Assembly (NCBI GenBank): GCA_965242925.1
Contig: CBDEUM010000013.1
Coordinates: 32,001 to 96,000 of the forward strand
Direction: 5' to 3'
DNA length: 64,000 nucleotides
Source of the DNA: Roseibacillus sp.
GTDB lineage: Bacteria > Verrucomicrobiota > Verrucomicrobiia > Verrucomicrobiales > Akkermansiaceae
The notes beneath the pieces are model-generated. The model was not told where the DNA came from. It saw only the letters and a list, made by a program, of their open reading frames with translations, and made no database searches. Position 1 is the first letter of the stretch; each line of letters opens with the position of its first letter. Positions 10,660 through 19,785 of the stretch are shown here, piece by piece. Made by a program: the position numbers and the translations under genes.

Positions 10660-10813
10660 TCACCGTCTGTTCCAACGCCCCGCCCCTCCCGAAGACCTGC
10701 TGGGCACACATATAACGGTTGGATGACCTGCAGGACACGGGCACGTTTTTTCTAGCCACCGGCAGCCCTTCCCTGTTCGATGCAGGGGACCAGAAAACTC
10801 AACAAACACACGC

Positions 10814-11944
10814 ATGTCTCAGGTAAATATCGCTATTGTCGGTCTTGGCTTCGGCGCAGAGTTTATTCCCATCTATCAGCGCCATCCGCAGGCGAACATG
10901 TCCGCCATCTGCCAGCGCACGGAGGAAAGTCTCAACGAGATCGGCGACAAATACGGGGTGGAGAAACGATATCAGGACTACGATGACGTCCTCCGCGATC
11001 CGGACATCACCGCGGTGCACATCAATACGCCCATCCCCAATCACGGGGAGCAGTCCATCGCCGCCCTGGAGGCCGGCAAGCACGTGGCCTGTACGGTGCC
11101 CATGGCCACCAGCCTGAAGGAGTGCGAGGAGATCGTTCGCCTCTCCAGGGCCAACGGCCTGAAGTACATGATGATGGAAACCGTGGTCTATGCCCGCGAG
11201 TTTCTCTACATGAAAGAACTCTACGACAGTGGGGAGCTGGGCAAGGTGCAATATCTCAAGGCCTCCCACCAGCAGGACATGGACGGCTGGCCCGGCTACT
11301 GGCCCGGTCTGCCCCCCATGCACTATGCCACTCACTGCGTCGGTCCCGTCCTCGGTCTCACCCGGGGAGAAGCAGAGTATGTCTCCTGCTTTCCGTCCGG
11401 GACCATCCGCGAGGAAATGCACGAGTGCTATAACTCGCCCTTCGCGGTGGAAAGCTGCCACATCAAGTTCCACAACAGCGACCTCACCGGCTTCGTCTAT
11501 CGCTCCCTCTTCGACGTGGCCCGGCAATACCGGGAGTCATTTGAAGTCTATGGCGAAAAGAAATCGGTGGAATGGCCCCTCATCGAGGGCAAGCCGCTGG
11601 TGGTGCACACCGCCAAGAAACCCGAGCCCGAGATCCCCGAGGAAGTCGAGTGTCCCGACTTCGCCCATCTTCTTCCGGACGAAGTGGCTCCCTTCACCAC
11701 CGGTGGCGTCTATGGCGGCGATACCGGGGAGGATCATCTCTCCTTCACCCAGGGAGCCGGTCACGGCGGATCCCACCCGCACCTTACCCACCAGTTCATC
11801 AATATGCTCATCACCGGTGAAGATGCCTATCCCAATGCGGTGGAGTCCGCCAACATCACCTGCACCGGCATCCTGGCACACGAGTCTGCCCTGAAGGGCG
11901 GCGAGATCATGAAACTCCCGAGCTGGAGCCTGCGCCAGGAATAG
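10814..11944 (+). CDS. Gfo/Idh/MocA family oxidoreductase
   Basis: VNIAIVGLGFG, INTPIPNH, ALEAGKHVACTVP. Confidence 0.9.
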   Translation: MSQVNIAIVGLGFGAEFIPIYQRHPQANMSAICQRTEESLNEIGDKYGVEKRYQDYDDVLRDPDITAVHINTPIPNHGEQSIAALEAGKHVACTVPMATSLKECEEIVRLSRANGLKYMMMETVVYAREFLYMKELYDSGELGKVQYLKASHQQDMDGWPGYWPGLPPMHYATHCVGPVLGLTRGEAEYVSCFPSGTIREEMHECYNSPFAVESCHIKFHNSDLTGFVYRSLFDVARQYRESFEVYGEKKSVEWPLIEGKPLVVHTAKKPEPEIPEEVECPDFAHLLPDEVAPFTTGGVYGGDTGEDHLSFTQGAGHGGSHPHLTHQFINMLITGEDAYPNAVESANITCTGILAHESALKGGEIMKLPSWSLRQE

Positions 11945-12168
11945 GCCCTGAGACCAGCAGCCGTTACCGCCAGCACGCTCACCATCGGTAGCATCGTCCT
12001 TTCAACGATTCCTTCGAACTCGGCATACCAGTATTCCGTGCCCCCCGGGAATTCACTGCTGGAATTCACCCTGTATCCCCCAAGCCCTCCGACAAATTGA
12101 GCTCCCTGCGACATTCCCTCTGGAAATACTAGTTGTTCTGCGCAAATTCCGACCTTTCTTTCAGGATC

Positions 12169-12930
12169 ATGTCCAACCCCTCCAAACTCCTCCGCAACCC
12201 TCTCGTCCTGATCGCCTCTGGCATCGTCCTCCTGGGCCTGGTGGTATCCATCGCAATTACCAGGTCAATGGGCCCGGACGAAAAAGAACGCGTGGAGTCC
12301 GGAGAAAAAAGGGTAATCCAGCCTTCGAAATCCTCCGTGCCTCCCTCCAGATCCTCCGAGGGCAGCTCTCGCGGCGGCCCGCGCAAATCGCAGGGCAAGG
12401 AGATCCAGGGGGATGGACACATCGTGGCCGTGCCCGAGAAGTCCAGGCGGCAGGAGTTCATGACTGCGATCTCGGTCCGGGCCCGCAACGAATTGAAGGG
12501 ACTGCGCGAGCAATACAAGACCGAGTTCGACTCCGCTGAGTCACGAAAAGAATTCAGTGATACGTTACGGAACGTCACCGACCCTGAGGAGCGTCAACGC
12601 CTGCTCCTGGAACGTACCACCGCATTACGCGTGGCTCGCAACAAGATGGATGCTCAAAAGGGATTTCCCGGGCGTGCCCGGGAGAAACGCCTCATCGACC
12701 TCATGCAGGTCCAGAATCTCTGGCGCATGAACACCTTTGTCGCCCGAAACGCCTCCCTGACCGGGGAAGCCGGAAAATTCGACGACCGCCTTGCTGAGTG
12801 GGCGGTAAACTCGGAAGACATGAGCGACGAGGAATTTCACACGACCTTCAACGAGCTGCGCCATGACCTGAACGTCCTCCGGGGCCGCAACCAGAGCGGC
12901 GCCCGCCCCCAGCCTTCGATACCAAAATAG
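12169..12930 (+). CDS. Hypothetical single-TM membrane-anchored helical protein
   Basis: N-terminal TM (LVLIASGIVLLGLVVSIAI) followed by a charged helical domain. Confidence 0.7.
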   Translation: MSNPSKLLRNPLVLIASGIVLLGLVVSIAITRSMGPDEKERVESGEKRVIQPSKSSVPPSRSSEGSSRGGPRKSQGKEIQGDGHIVAVPEKSRRQEFMTAISVRARNELKGLREQYKTEFDSAESRKEFSDTLRNVTDPEERQRLLLERTTALRVARNKMDAQKGFPGRAREKRLIDLMQVQNLWRMNTFVARNASLTGEAGKFDDRLAEWAVNSEDMSDEEFHTTFNELRHDLNVLRGRNQSGARPQPSIPK

Positions 12931-13204
12931 GCCTTAAAACAACAACGCAGCTTCCCCCGGCTTGGGAAACCCGCCGGTCCGGGCCTTGGTATAAAGCAGC
13001 TCTCCGTCCCGGCGCACCTCAAAGATGCCCCCGCCACCCGCCACGAGAGACACCTCTTCCCCGGTCTTCTCCCTGATCTCAGCCGAGACACGCTCGGCTT
13101 CTGGAAGATAGTTTCACTGTGCGCAGTATTCGATCTCGATCGCCATGCCCAAGTCTGAACCAGCAGGAGGAATGGATCAATCCCAGGATCTTTTGATCTA
13201 CGCG

Positions 13205-13290
13205 TCCTTGATTTCTTGCATTCAGGGACGGCAATGGATGAGCTTGGCTAGACCGTAGTCGTCACCCCATGCCCCCACGCCCTCCTGACA
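13205..13290 (+). repeat. Copy A of a duplicated upstream/leader segment
   Basis: Shares a 21-bp identical core TCCTTGATTTCTTGCATTCAG, plus alignable downstream sequence, with 14705-14791. Confidence 0.85.
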
Positions 13291-13311
13291 AACCTTCCTG
13301 AATCCACCCCG

Positions 13312-14580
13312 ATGCAAGACCCGCCACTTTCCCGCGACCTTTCACGACAGCACCTGGAAGTAACCCGGCGTTATTTCATGCATCTGGGAACAGCCGGCTT
13401 CGCGGCCATGGGCTGTCCCTCCCTGCTGCGGGCTCAGGATGCGGACAGGAACATCCATGAAGAAACAATTGCGGCCCTAGAGTATCTGACCCATCAGAAG
13501 GAATTCGAGCTCGTTGAGCGAGGCAATCCTCTGCCATATAAATTGCCCCTGGAAAAACGTCTGGCAATCGGCATGGAGAGGGAAAGCTGGAAACTAGACG
13601 TGATCGCCGACAGCGCAACAAACGCCCAGGTGGACAATCCGCTTTCAAGGGAAAAAGGCACCGCGCTCGATTTCAAGGGTCTCTTGAAACTCGCCGGCAA
13701 ACGCCCAACTCGCTTCCTCAAGGTGATGACCTGCAACAACATGGGAACTCCCCTTGGAATGGGCCTGTGGGAAGGAGTGCCCCTGCGCGAGGCGATCTGG
13801 GCGGCCAAACCCTCCGCCAACATCCGCCGGGTCTTCTATTACGGACATCACAATGAGGATCCGAAGCAGATGTTCCGCAGTTCCCTTCCCATCGGTCGAG
13901 TGCTGGAAGATCCACCCGGAGACCACCCGGTCATCCTCTGCTACAAACTGAACGGCGAATGGCTGAGCGGTGAAAGCGGTGGGCCGGTAAGAATAATCGT
14001 ACCTGAAGCCTACGGGTTCAAGTCAGTCAAGTGGCTGAAGACCGTGGTTCTCACAAACGCACCCGCTGCCAATGACACCTACGCCGGTGGCAACAACGAC
14101 ATCGACAGCTGGATGAAAACCATGTGCCGGTTCATCCACATCCCGGCACAGGCAAAGGCCGGCTCCCCGATCCCGCTGACCGGACTGGCGCAAGTCGGCG
14201 TCGGCGGACTGGGAAAAGTGCAGGTCTGGATCAAACCCCGGCAGGATGGCGAATGGCCCAAGGATGATCCCTACTTCACCAAGGCCCCGTGGCAGGATGC
14301 CGCGATTCTGCCACCACCCGAAAAGTGGGGCGGCGGGCTACCCGGGGGCAAATTGCCACCGGATGTGCGCTTTTTCACCCCGGAAGGCAAACCGGCCCAG
14401 TGGCCGATGCGCTACACCATCGCCCACTGGGCGACCCTTCTAAAGGGCATGGCTCCTGGGAAATACGACATCTACTGCCGCACGATCGACCAGCAAGGTC
14501 ATGCCCAGCCGATGCCGCGCCCGTTCCGCAAATCCGGACGCAACAAGATTGAGGGATCACCCATCACCATCGAGGGCTGA
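13312..14580 (+). CDS. Tat-exported molybdopterin oxidoreductase (sulfite oxidase/MsrP superfamily)
   Basis: Tat motif TRRYFM; MTCNN (candidate Mo-ligand Cys); WEGVPL; YKLNGEWL...GGPVRIIVPEAYGFKSVKWL; C-terminal Ig-like dimerisation domain (CRTIDQQGHAQP). Confidence 0.88.
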   Translation: MQDPPLSRDLSRQHLEVTRRYFMHLGTAGFAAMGCPSLLRAQDADRNIHEETIAALEYLTHQKEFELVERGNPLPYKLPLEKRLAIGMERESWKLDVIADSATNAQVDNPLSREKGTALDFKGLLKLAGKRPTRFLKVMTCNNMGTPLGMGLWEGVPLREAIWAAKPSANIRRVFYYGHHNEDPKQMFRSSLPIGRVLEDPPGDHPVILCYKLNGEWLSGESGGPVRIIVPEAYGFKSVKWLKTVVLTNAPAANDTYAGGNNDIDSWMKTMCRFIHIPAQAKAGSPIPLTGLAQVGVGGLGKVQVWIKPRQDGEWPKDDPYFTKAPWQDAAILPPPEKWGGGLPGGKLPPDVRFFTPEGKPAQWPMRYTIAHWATLLKGMAPGKYDIYCRTIDQQGHAQPMPRPFRKSGRNKIEGSPITIEG

Positions 14581-14704
14581 GGCAGCCAGCATGCCTCAGA
14601 GACAGTTGATTATCACCGGAATCTGACCGGGGATCCGTTTCATCATGTCCGCAGGGGCGTGCCATTTCCGACTGGCGGGAACGACAGGCTCATCGACCTT
14701 ATCC

Positions 14705-14791
14705 TCCTTGATTTCTTGCATTCAGAAACGGTGAATGAATGATCCTGACCCGACCGTAATTGTCACGCCATGCCTGCCCGCCTCCCTGTCC
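14705..14791 (+). repeat. Copy B of the duplicated leader segment, running into the sulfatase start codon
   Basis: Aligns with 13205-13290. Confidence 0.85.
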
Positions 14792-16161
14792 TTTTCCTTG
14801 CCACCCTGATTACCGCATTCCTTGCAACCCTCTCGGCGGCAAAGCAGCAACCCAATATCATCTACATCCTCCTTGATGACGCTGGCTATGGAGACCTCTC
14901 CTGCTACGGACAAAAAAAGTTTCAGACACCCAATATCGATCGCCTCGCCAGGGAGGGGATGAAATTCACCAACCACTACTCCGGTTCGACGGTCTGCGCC
15001 CCCACCCGCAGCGTGATCATGTCCGGTCTCCACACCGGACACACCCCGAGTCGCGGGAACAGGGAGATCCAGCCGGTGGGACAGTTCCCCATTCCCGCCG
15101 CAACCTTTACCATCGCGGAAGCTCTCAAGAAGGCCGGTTACGCCACCGGGGCCTTCGGAAAGTGGGGCCTGGGTAATCCGGGCTCGGAAGGAGATCCCGT
15201 CAATCAGGGCTTCGACCGCTTCTTCGGCTATAATTGCCAGCGCAATGCCCATACCTACTACCCAACCTGGCTCTTCGACAATCTCCAGAAGATCAAACTC
15301 AACGGCGAAACCTACGCTCACGATCTCATCATGGACCGGGCCGTGGAGTGGATCGACAATCACCACAAGGCTCCATTCTTCTGCTTCCTTCCGGTTACGA
15401 TCCCGCACGCCGCCATGCACGTGCCGGAAAAGTATGCCGCCCCCTTCCGCAGGAAGTTTCCGGAATTCGAGAACAAGGTGGGACGCTACGGGAACAACAG
15501 GCCTTTCGCCAGGAACCCCGCCGCTCAATTCGCTGGAATGATGACTGCCCTGGACCATGGGATCGGCCGCGTGCTCAAGTCTCTCGAGAAATACGGCATC
15601 GAAGAGAATACCATCGTCCTCCTCAGCTCAGACAATGGCCCTCACAGGGAGGGCGGCCACATGCCCGACTACTTCAATTCCAACGGAGGCCTGAGGGGTC
15701 ACAAACGCGACCTCTACGAGGGAGGCATCCGCTGTCCCCTTCTCGTCCGCTGGCCCGGCAAGGTGAAGGCAGGATCGACCAGTGACCATATTTCCGCCCA
15801 TTGGGATCTCTTCCCTACCTTCTGCGAGCTGGCGGGCACGGAAACGCCCCGGAATCTTGACGGAATCAGCTTCCTGCCCACCCTCCTCGGCAAGAAACAA
15901 GAACAACACGAATACCTCTACTGGGAATTCTTTGAAGGCGGCGGAAAGCGAGCGGTCCGCATCGGCAAGTGGAAGGCCGTACAGAACCAGCTCACCCGGA
16001 AGGGACAAAATGCATCCGTCGAGATCTACGACCTGACAACGGATCGCGCCGAGAAGAACAACCTCGCGACCCGGAAACCCGAACTCATCGCTCGCGCCCG
16101 GGACATCTTCAAGCAAGCCCACACACCTTCGAAGATCTGGAAGTTCAAGTGGGAACAATAG
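14770..16161 (+). CDS. Arylsulfatase-family sulfatase
   Basis: Signal peptide; PNIIYILLDDAGYGD, CAPTRSVIMSG, GKWGLG, SDNGPH, YEGGIRCP. Confidence 0.95.
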   Translation: MPARLPVLFLATLITAFLATLSAAKQQPNIIYILLDDAGYGDLSCYGQKKFQTPNIDRLAREGMKFTNHYSGSTVCAPTRSVIMSGLHTGHTPSRGNREIQPVGQFPIPAATFTIAEALKKAGYATGAFGKWGLGNPGSEGDPVNQGFDRFFGYNCQRNAHTYYPTWLFDNLQKIKLNGETYAHDLIMDRAVEWIDNHHKAPFFCFLPVTIPHAAMHVPEKYAAPFRRKFPEFENKVGRYGNNRPFARNPAAQFAGMMTALDHGIGRVLKSLEKYGIEENTIVLLSSDNGPHREGGHMPDYFNSNGGLRGHKRDLYEGGIRCPLLVRWPGKVKAGSTSDHISAHWDLFPTFCELAGTETPRNLDGISFLPTLLGKKQEQHEYLYWEFFEGGGKRAVRIGKWKAVQNQLTRKGQNASVEIYDLTTDRAEKNNLATRKPELIARARDIFKQAHTPSKIWKFKWEQ

Positions 16162-16178
16162 CCATTCGTCACCTTGCC

Positions 16179-17018
16179 ATGAAGATCCTGACTCCTCTTT
16201 TCCTGCTCCTCGTTCTCTCCGCACCCCTACCGGTCCAAGCGGTGGGAGCGAATGCGCGGTTCGTCTCTGAAGTGGAATCCATCCAGCCCGGAGTTCCCTT
16301 TACGGTCGCCCTCCTCATCCTTCCGGACAAACATTACCATACCTACTGGAAGTACCCAGGCATCGTAGGGCTGCCCACCTCCATCAAATGGCAGCTGCCC
16401 AAGGGATTCCGCGCCGGTGAAATCGCCTGGCCCGCTCCCGAGGTAGTCGACATGGCGGGCCACCCCGCCCACGGATTCCACCGCGACCTTCTTCTGCTGA
16501 CGGTCATCACTCCGCCGAAAAAACTCCCGGTGAACTCTGTCACTCTCACCGGTGAACTGGCCTGGATGGCCTGTCACAAGGAATGCCACCCGGGCTTCGT
16601 CACCCGCAGGCTCACACTCCCCGTCAACCGTGACAGGGAGATCAGGCCTCATCCGGAATGGGCCGCTGCCATCGCCACGGAACGCGAGGCCCTTCCCCGG
16701 GAAACTGATCTGTGGAAAGTTTCCATTGAGTCGAGACCGGACGTCACTCCCGTCCTGATCCGTGTCCGCCCCAGAGCAGGCGCAGCGGCAGATCCCGGTG
16801 AGATCTACTTCTTCAGCGAAGACGGCCAGATCACCTCCGAACCTGCCCAGAAGGTCAAGCGCCAGCCGGATGGCAGCTACCTCATCAGCGGAACCCGCTC
16901 CGAATTCAGCCCGAAGAAAAAGACAACCCTCCCCGGCACCCTGGTGGCTTCAGGGGGATGGGCCAGGGGAAAACCGCTGTCGGCCTTCCGTGCCGAGCCA
17001 GCCTACCCCGGAAAATAA
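16179..17018 (+). CDS. Stand-alone DsbD N-terminal-domain-like exported protein
   Basis: Signal peptide; YHTYWKYPGIVGLPTSIKWQLP..AGEIAWPAP; WMACHKECHPG (CxxxC). Confidence 0.8.
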   Translation: MKILTPLFLLLVLSAPLPVQAVGANARFVSEVESIQPGVPFTVALLILPDKHYHTYWKYPGIVGLPTSIKWQLPKGFRAGEIAWPAPEVVDMAGHPAHGFHRDLLLLTVITPPKKLPVNSVTLTGELAWMACHKECHPGFVTRRLTLPVNRDREIRPHPEWAAAIATEREALPRETDLWKVSIESRPDVTPVLIRVRPRAGAAADPGEIYFFSEDGQITSEPAQKVKRQPDGSYLISGTRSEFSPKKKTTLPGTLVASGGWARGKPLSAFRAEPAYPGK

Positions 17019-17119
17019 ACCCCGGCGGAACGCTGCCCGGGATTCACTGCGATCCACCGAATCCGGATCACGCGGGTGCGTCAGGAACACGTTCGGCAAC
17101 GACATGCTCCCCGGCGGCG

Positions 17120-19678
17120 TCACTTTCCTATCCGCGCCCGGTCCCGGTCCTGTTTTTTCTTCGGTTCCGGCGTGAACGTACCCGTACCCGGCGAAAAATC
17201 CCACGGCTGGATGTCCTCTCCCAACCGATCAAGGAAAGCCCCCGCGGAAAACGCCAGGTAGAAAGGCCCATCACCTTTCTTGTTCCGGTTCCGGATGTAA
17301 AGATCCTTCATGGAGGGCAGGGCCGCCCTGGCCTCCTTGCCCAGTAACTCGATCGCCCGGCAGGCCCGCAGAGCCACCCACCAGTCGTCGTGGTCGAGTT
17401 CCTTCACCAGCCCGGCGAGGGCCATCTCCCGGTGCTTGCCCTCCTGAGCCAGCCAATCCGCAGTTTCCAGTCTGACCGCTGCAGAAATGTCGTCCAGGTA
17501 GCCCACCACGCGATCCCTGTCCTGGTAGTCTGCCACCCGCAGGGCGAGGACAGCCCAGTAACGCTCACTCGGATCAGCGGACTTCAGCAGCTTGAGCGCG
17601 GTCGGCACCTCCGCCCGACCGACCAGGTCCGCGGCACTCCACGCCTCCTCCAGGTTCGGTTGGTGGTCGCTCTTCCCAAGAAGGATATCGCGTAGAGCCT
17701 TGTCCTCATTCCTGACCCATTTCCACATCTCGCTTTCCGGTATCGCTCCGGGATCCCGCAGGAGCCTACGCTTGATCCGGTAAATCCGGCGGTGCTCCAC
17801 GAGGGCCGCTTGCTGCTTGCCGGTCATCTCCGTCTCCAGCAGGTTGACCAGGTTGTGAGGATCAACCTCACAGTCGTAGAAGGCCTCCACCGGCTTGCCT
17901 GGTCCCGCGTAATCCAGCTGCGCCTTGTCGAGCAATTGTGGCTTGTCCCTCGCGAGGCGGGTGATCTCCTGCCGGGTCCGCCCCAGATCGGAAAAGACGC
18001 TGGGCTGGTTGTGGCTCAGATGCGGATGGTAGTTCCGGATGTAGAGGTATTTCTCACTGCGGAGCGAACGTGCACATTCGAAAACCTCGTCGACCCGGTC
18101 GCGACAGCCATAGACGTATTTGCGCTTCGGATCCCGCTCCCGTCCCAGAAAACTGTGTCCCTGCATGTAGTCCGGTTTCGCCAGTCCGGCCAGGTTCAGA
18201 ACCGTGCAGGGAAAGTCGACGAAACTCACCAGTTCATCATTGACCGTCCCCGGCAGGGAGGGCGCGAGATGCTGGTAGCGCCTCGGGAAGCGCGTCATGA
18301 GAGCTACGCGCATCCCCGAATCGTGCAGCATCCTTTTGCCCCTCGGCATTCCCGTGCCATGATCGGTATAAAAGAAAACGATGGTGTTGTCCGCCAGCCC
18401 GTCCTCCTCCAGCTCCCGCAGGAGGCGTCCGGTATTCCGGTCCATCACGGTCACGCAATCGTACATGCGCGCCCACTCCTTCCGGATCACGGGTGTATCC
18501 GGATAGTAGGGGGGCAGCGGAACCCTGGCCGGGTCGTGGATCTCCTCTCTGGTGAGCTTGGACTGCACTTCACGCACAAACACCTCGTGCGGCCACACCG
18601 TGGTACGGGATTGGTGGGTGCTCATGTCGTTGAACACTGCAAAGAACGGCTGGCCTTCCCTGCGCTGGTCGCTGCGCCAATGTGCCTGGCCGCTCGACTC
18701 GTGCCACGCTTCCGCAATCAGACGCTGCGCCGCTCCATTGTTGTAGTCGGTCTTCACGTTGTTGGTGGTGAAGTAACCGGCCTTCCGCAGATAGCCGGGA
18801 AAGGCCTTCACCCGGTCCGGAATCGGAAAGGCCGACCGCATCTGGTGCGCCCCCAGGCTGACCGTAGTCATGCCTGTAATGAGACAGGCCCGTGAGGGAG
18901 AGCAGACCGGCGCCGCCGCAAAGGCCCGGGTGTAGCGTACGCTCTCGGTTGCAAACTTGTCCAGGTTTGGAGTAGTGGCGAACTCATCACCGTAACATCC
19001 GAAATAGGGGCTCATGTCCTCGGCGGTAATCCAGAGGATATTGGGATGAAGCCGGCGCGCCCGGATGTTACGAAAACGGACCGTTCCCCCTTTGCCGTGA
19101 TGCTGGATGCCGAAGTAGCCCGCAAGCTGCCGTTTCTCGTGCAAGTCCGCGACCAGCGTCCCATTGAGGTAGGTCCGCACCAGCGACCCCTGCGCCACGA
19201 TCCGGAAATGGTTCCAGTCCTTTACCTTGAGCAGTCCCTCCACCCGCTTCTGGTAATCCTTGTTCTGCGCCCTGCCCGGATAGAGCCATCCCCCCAGTCC
19301 GATTCCGTAGATCGCGGCCGGTTTCTGCAGGTCAATCTCACACTGGTAGCCCCTGGGCTTGCCCTGTTCTCCCGTGCAGCGATAGGCAAATCCGGAATTG
19401 AAGTTCACCTTGCTCGCATCCTCAGGCAGCAGCACCTCCAGCTCCGCCTCGAAATCCCCCATCGAAATCTCAGTGGTCACCCAGCAATTCGTCCTGGAAT
19501 GAAGTTCGAGCACGCCATCCCTTGCTTCGAAGCGCACAACCTGGCTGCGAGGCGTCCACCCCTTCGTGCTCTTTCCGTCAAAGAGATCCACCCACTCCGT
19601 CGCTCCAGCCGGCATGATCACAAGCAACAGCAACCTTGAGACAAACAACTGCGAAAACAGGCGAAGGATGATCTGCAT
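17120..19678 (-). CDS. DUF1080-domain / sulfatase / HEAT-repeat fusion protein
   Basis: WVDLFDGKSTKGW, NSG, GYQCEI, WNHFRI, GIQHHG..VRFRNI (DUF1080-like); PNILWITAEDMSP, CSPSRACLITG (sulfatase); C-terminal HEAT-like repeats. Confidence 0.9.
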   Translation of the reverse strand: MQIILRLFSQLFVSRLLLLVIMPAGATEWVDLFDGKSTKGWTPRSQVVRFEARDGVLELHSRTNCWVTTEISMGDFEAELEVLLPEDASKVNFNSGFAYRCTGEQGKPRGYQCEIDLQKPAAIYGIGLGGWLYPGRAQNKDYQKRVEGLLKVKDWNHFRIVAQGSLVRTYLNGTLVADLHEKRQLAGYFGIQHHGKGGTVRFRNIRARRLHPNILWITAEDMSPYFGCYGDEFATTPNLDKFATESVRYTRAFAAAPVCSPSRACLITGMTTVSLGAHQMRSAFPIPDRVKAFPGYLRKAGYFTTNNVKTDYNNGAAQRLIAEAWHESSGQAHWRSDQRREGQPFFAVFNDMSTHQSRTTVWPHEVFVREVQSKLTREEIHDPARVPLPPYYPDTPVIRKEWARMYDCVTVMDRNTGRLLRELEEDGLADNTIVFFYTDHGTGMPRGKRMLHDSGMRVALMTRFPRRYQHLAPSLPGTVNDELVSFVDFPCTVLNLAGLAKPDYMQGHSFLGRERDPKRKYVYGCRDRVDEVFECARSLRSEKYLYIRNYHPHLSHNQPSVFSDLGRTRQEITRLARDKPQLLDKAQLDYAGPGKPVEAFYDCEVDPHNLVNLLETEMTGKQQAALVEHRRIYRIKRRLLRDPGAIPESEMWKWVRNEDKALRDILLGKSDHQPNLEEAWSAADLVGRAEVPTALKLLKSADPSERYWAVLALRVADYQDRDRVVGYLDDISAAVRLETADWLAQEGKHREMALAGLVKELDHDDWWVALRACRAIELLGKEARAALPSMKDLYIRNRNKKGDGPFYLAFSAGAFLDRLGEDIQPWDFSPGTGTFTPEPKKKQDRDRARIGK

Positions 19679-19785
19679 GAGTCCGGTCTAGAACTTCCCG
19701 TGCGGAGAGAAAAGGTAATCTCTGCAAAATCGCCTCGCCAGCAGGCGTAGAGCTTTGGCAGCTTCCGACTGCGATCCCGTCTGCC

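Noticed and set aside
11945..12100. In-frame continuation after the TAG of the Gfo/Idh/MocA gene (readthrough or gene relic)
   Set aside because: The oxidoreductase looks complete at the TAG, and short open stretches are common at this GC content.
12931..13200. Moco riboswitch upstream of the molybdoenzyme
   Set aside because: No recognisable consensus elements by eye; an Rfam scan would be needed.
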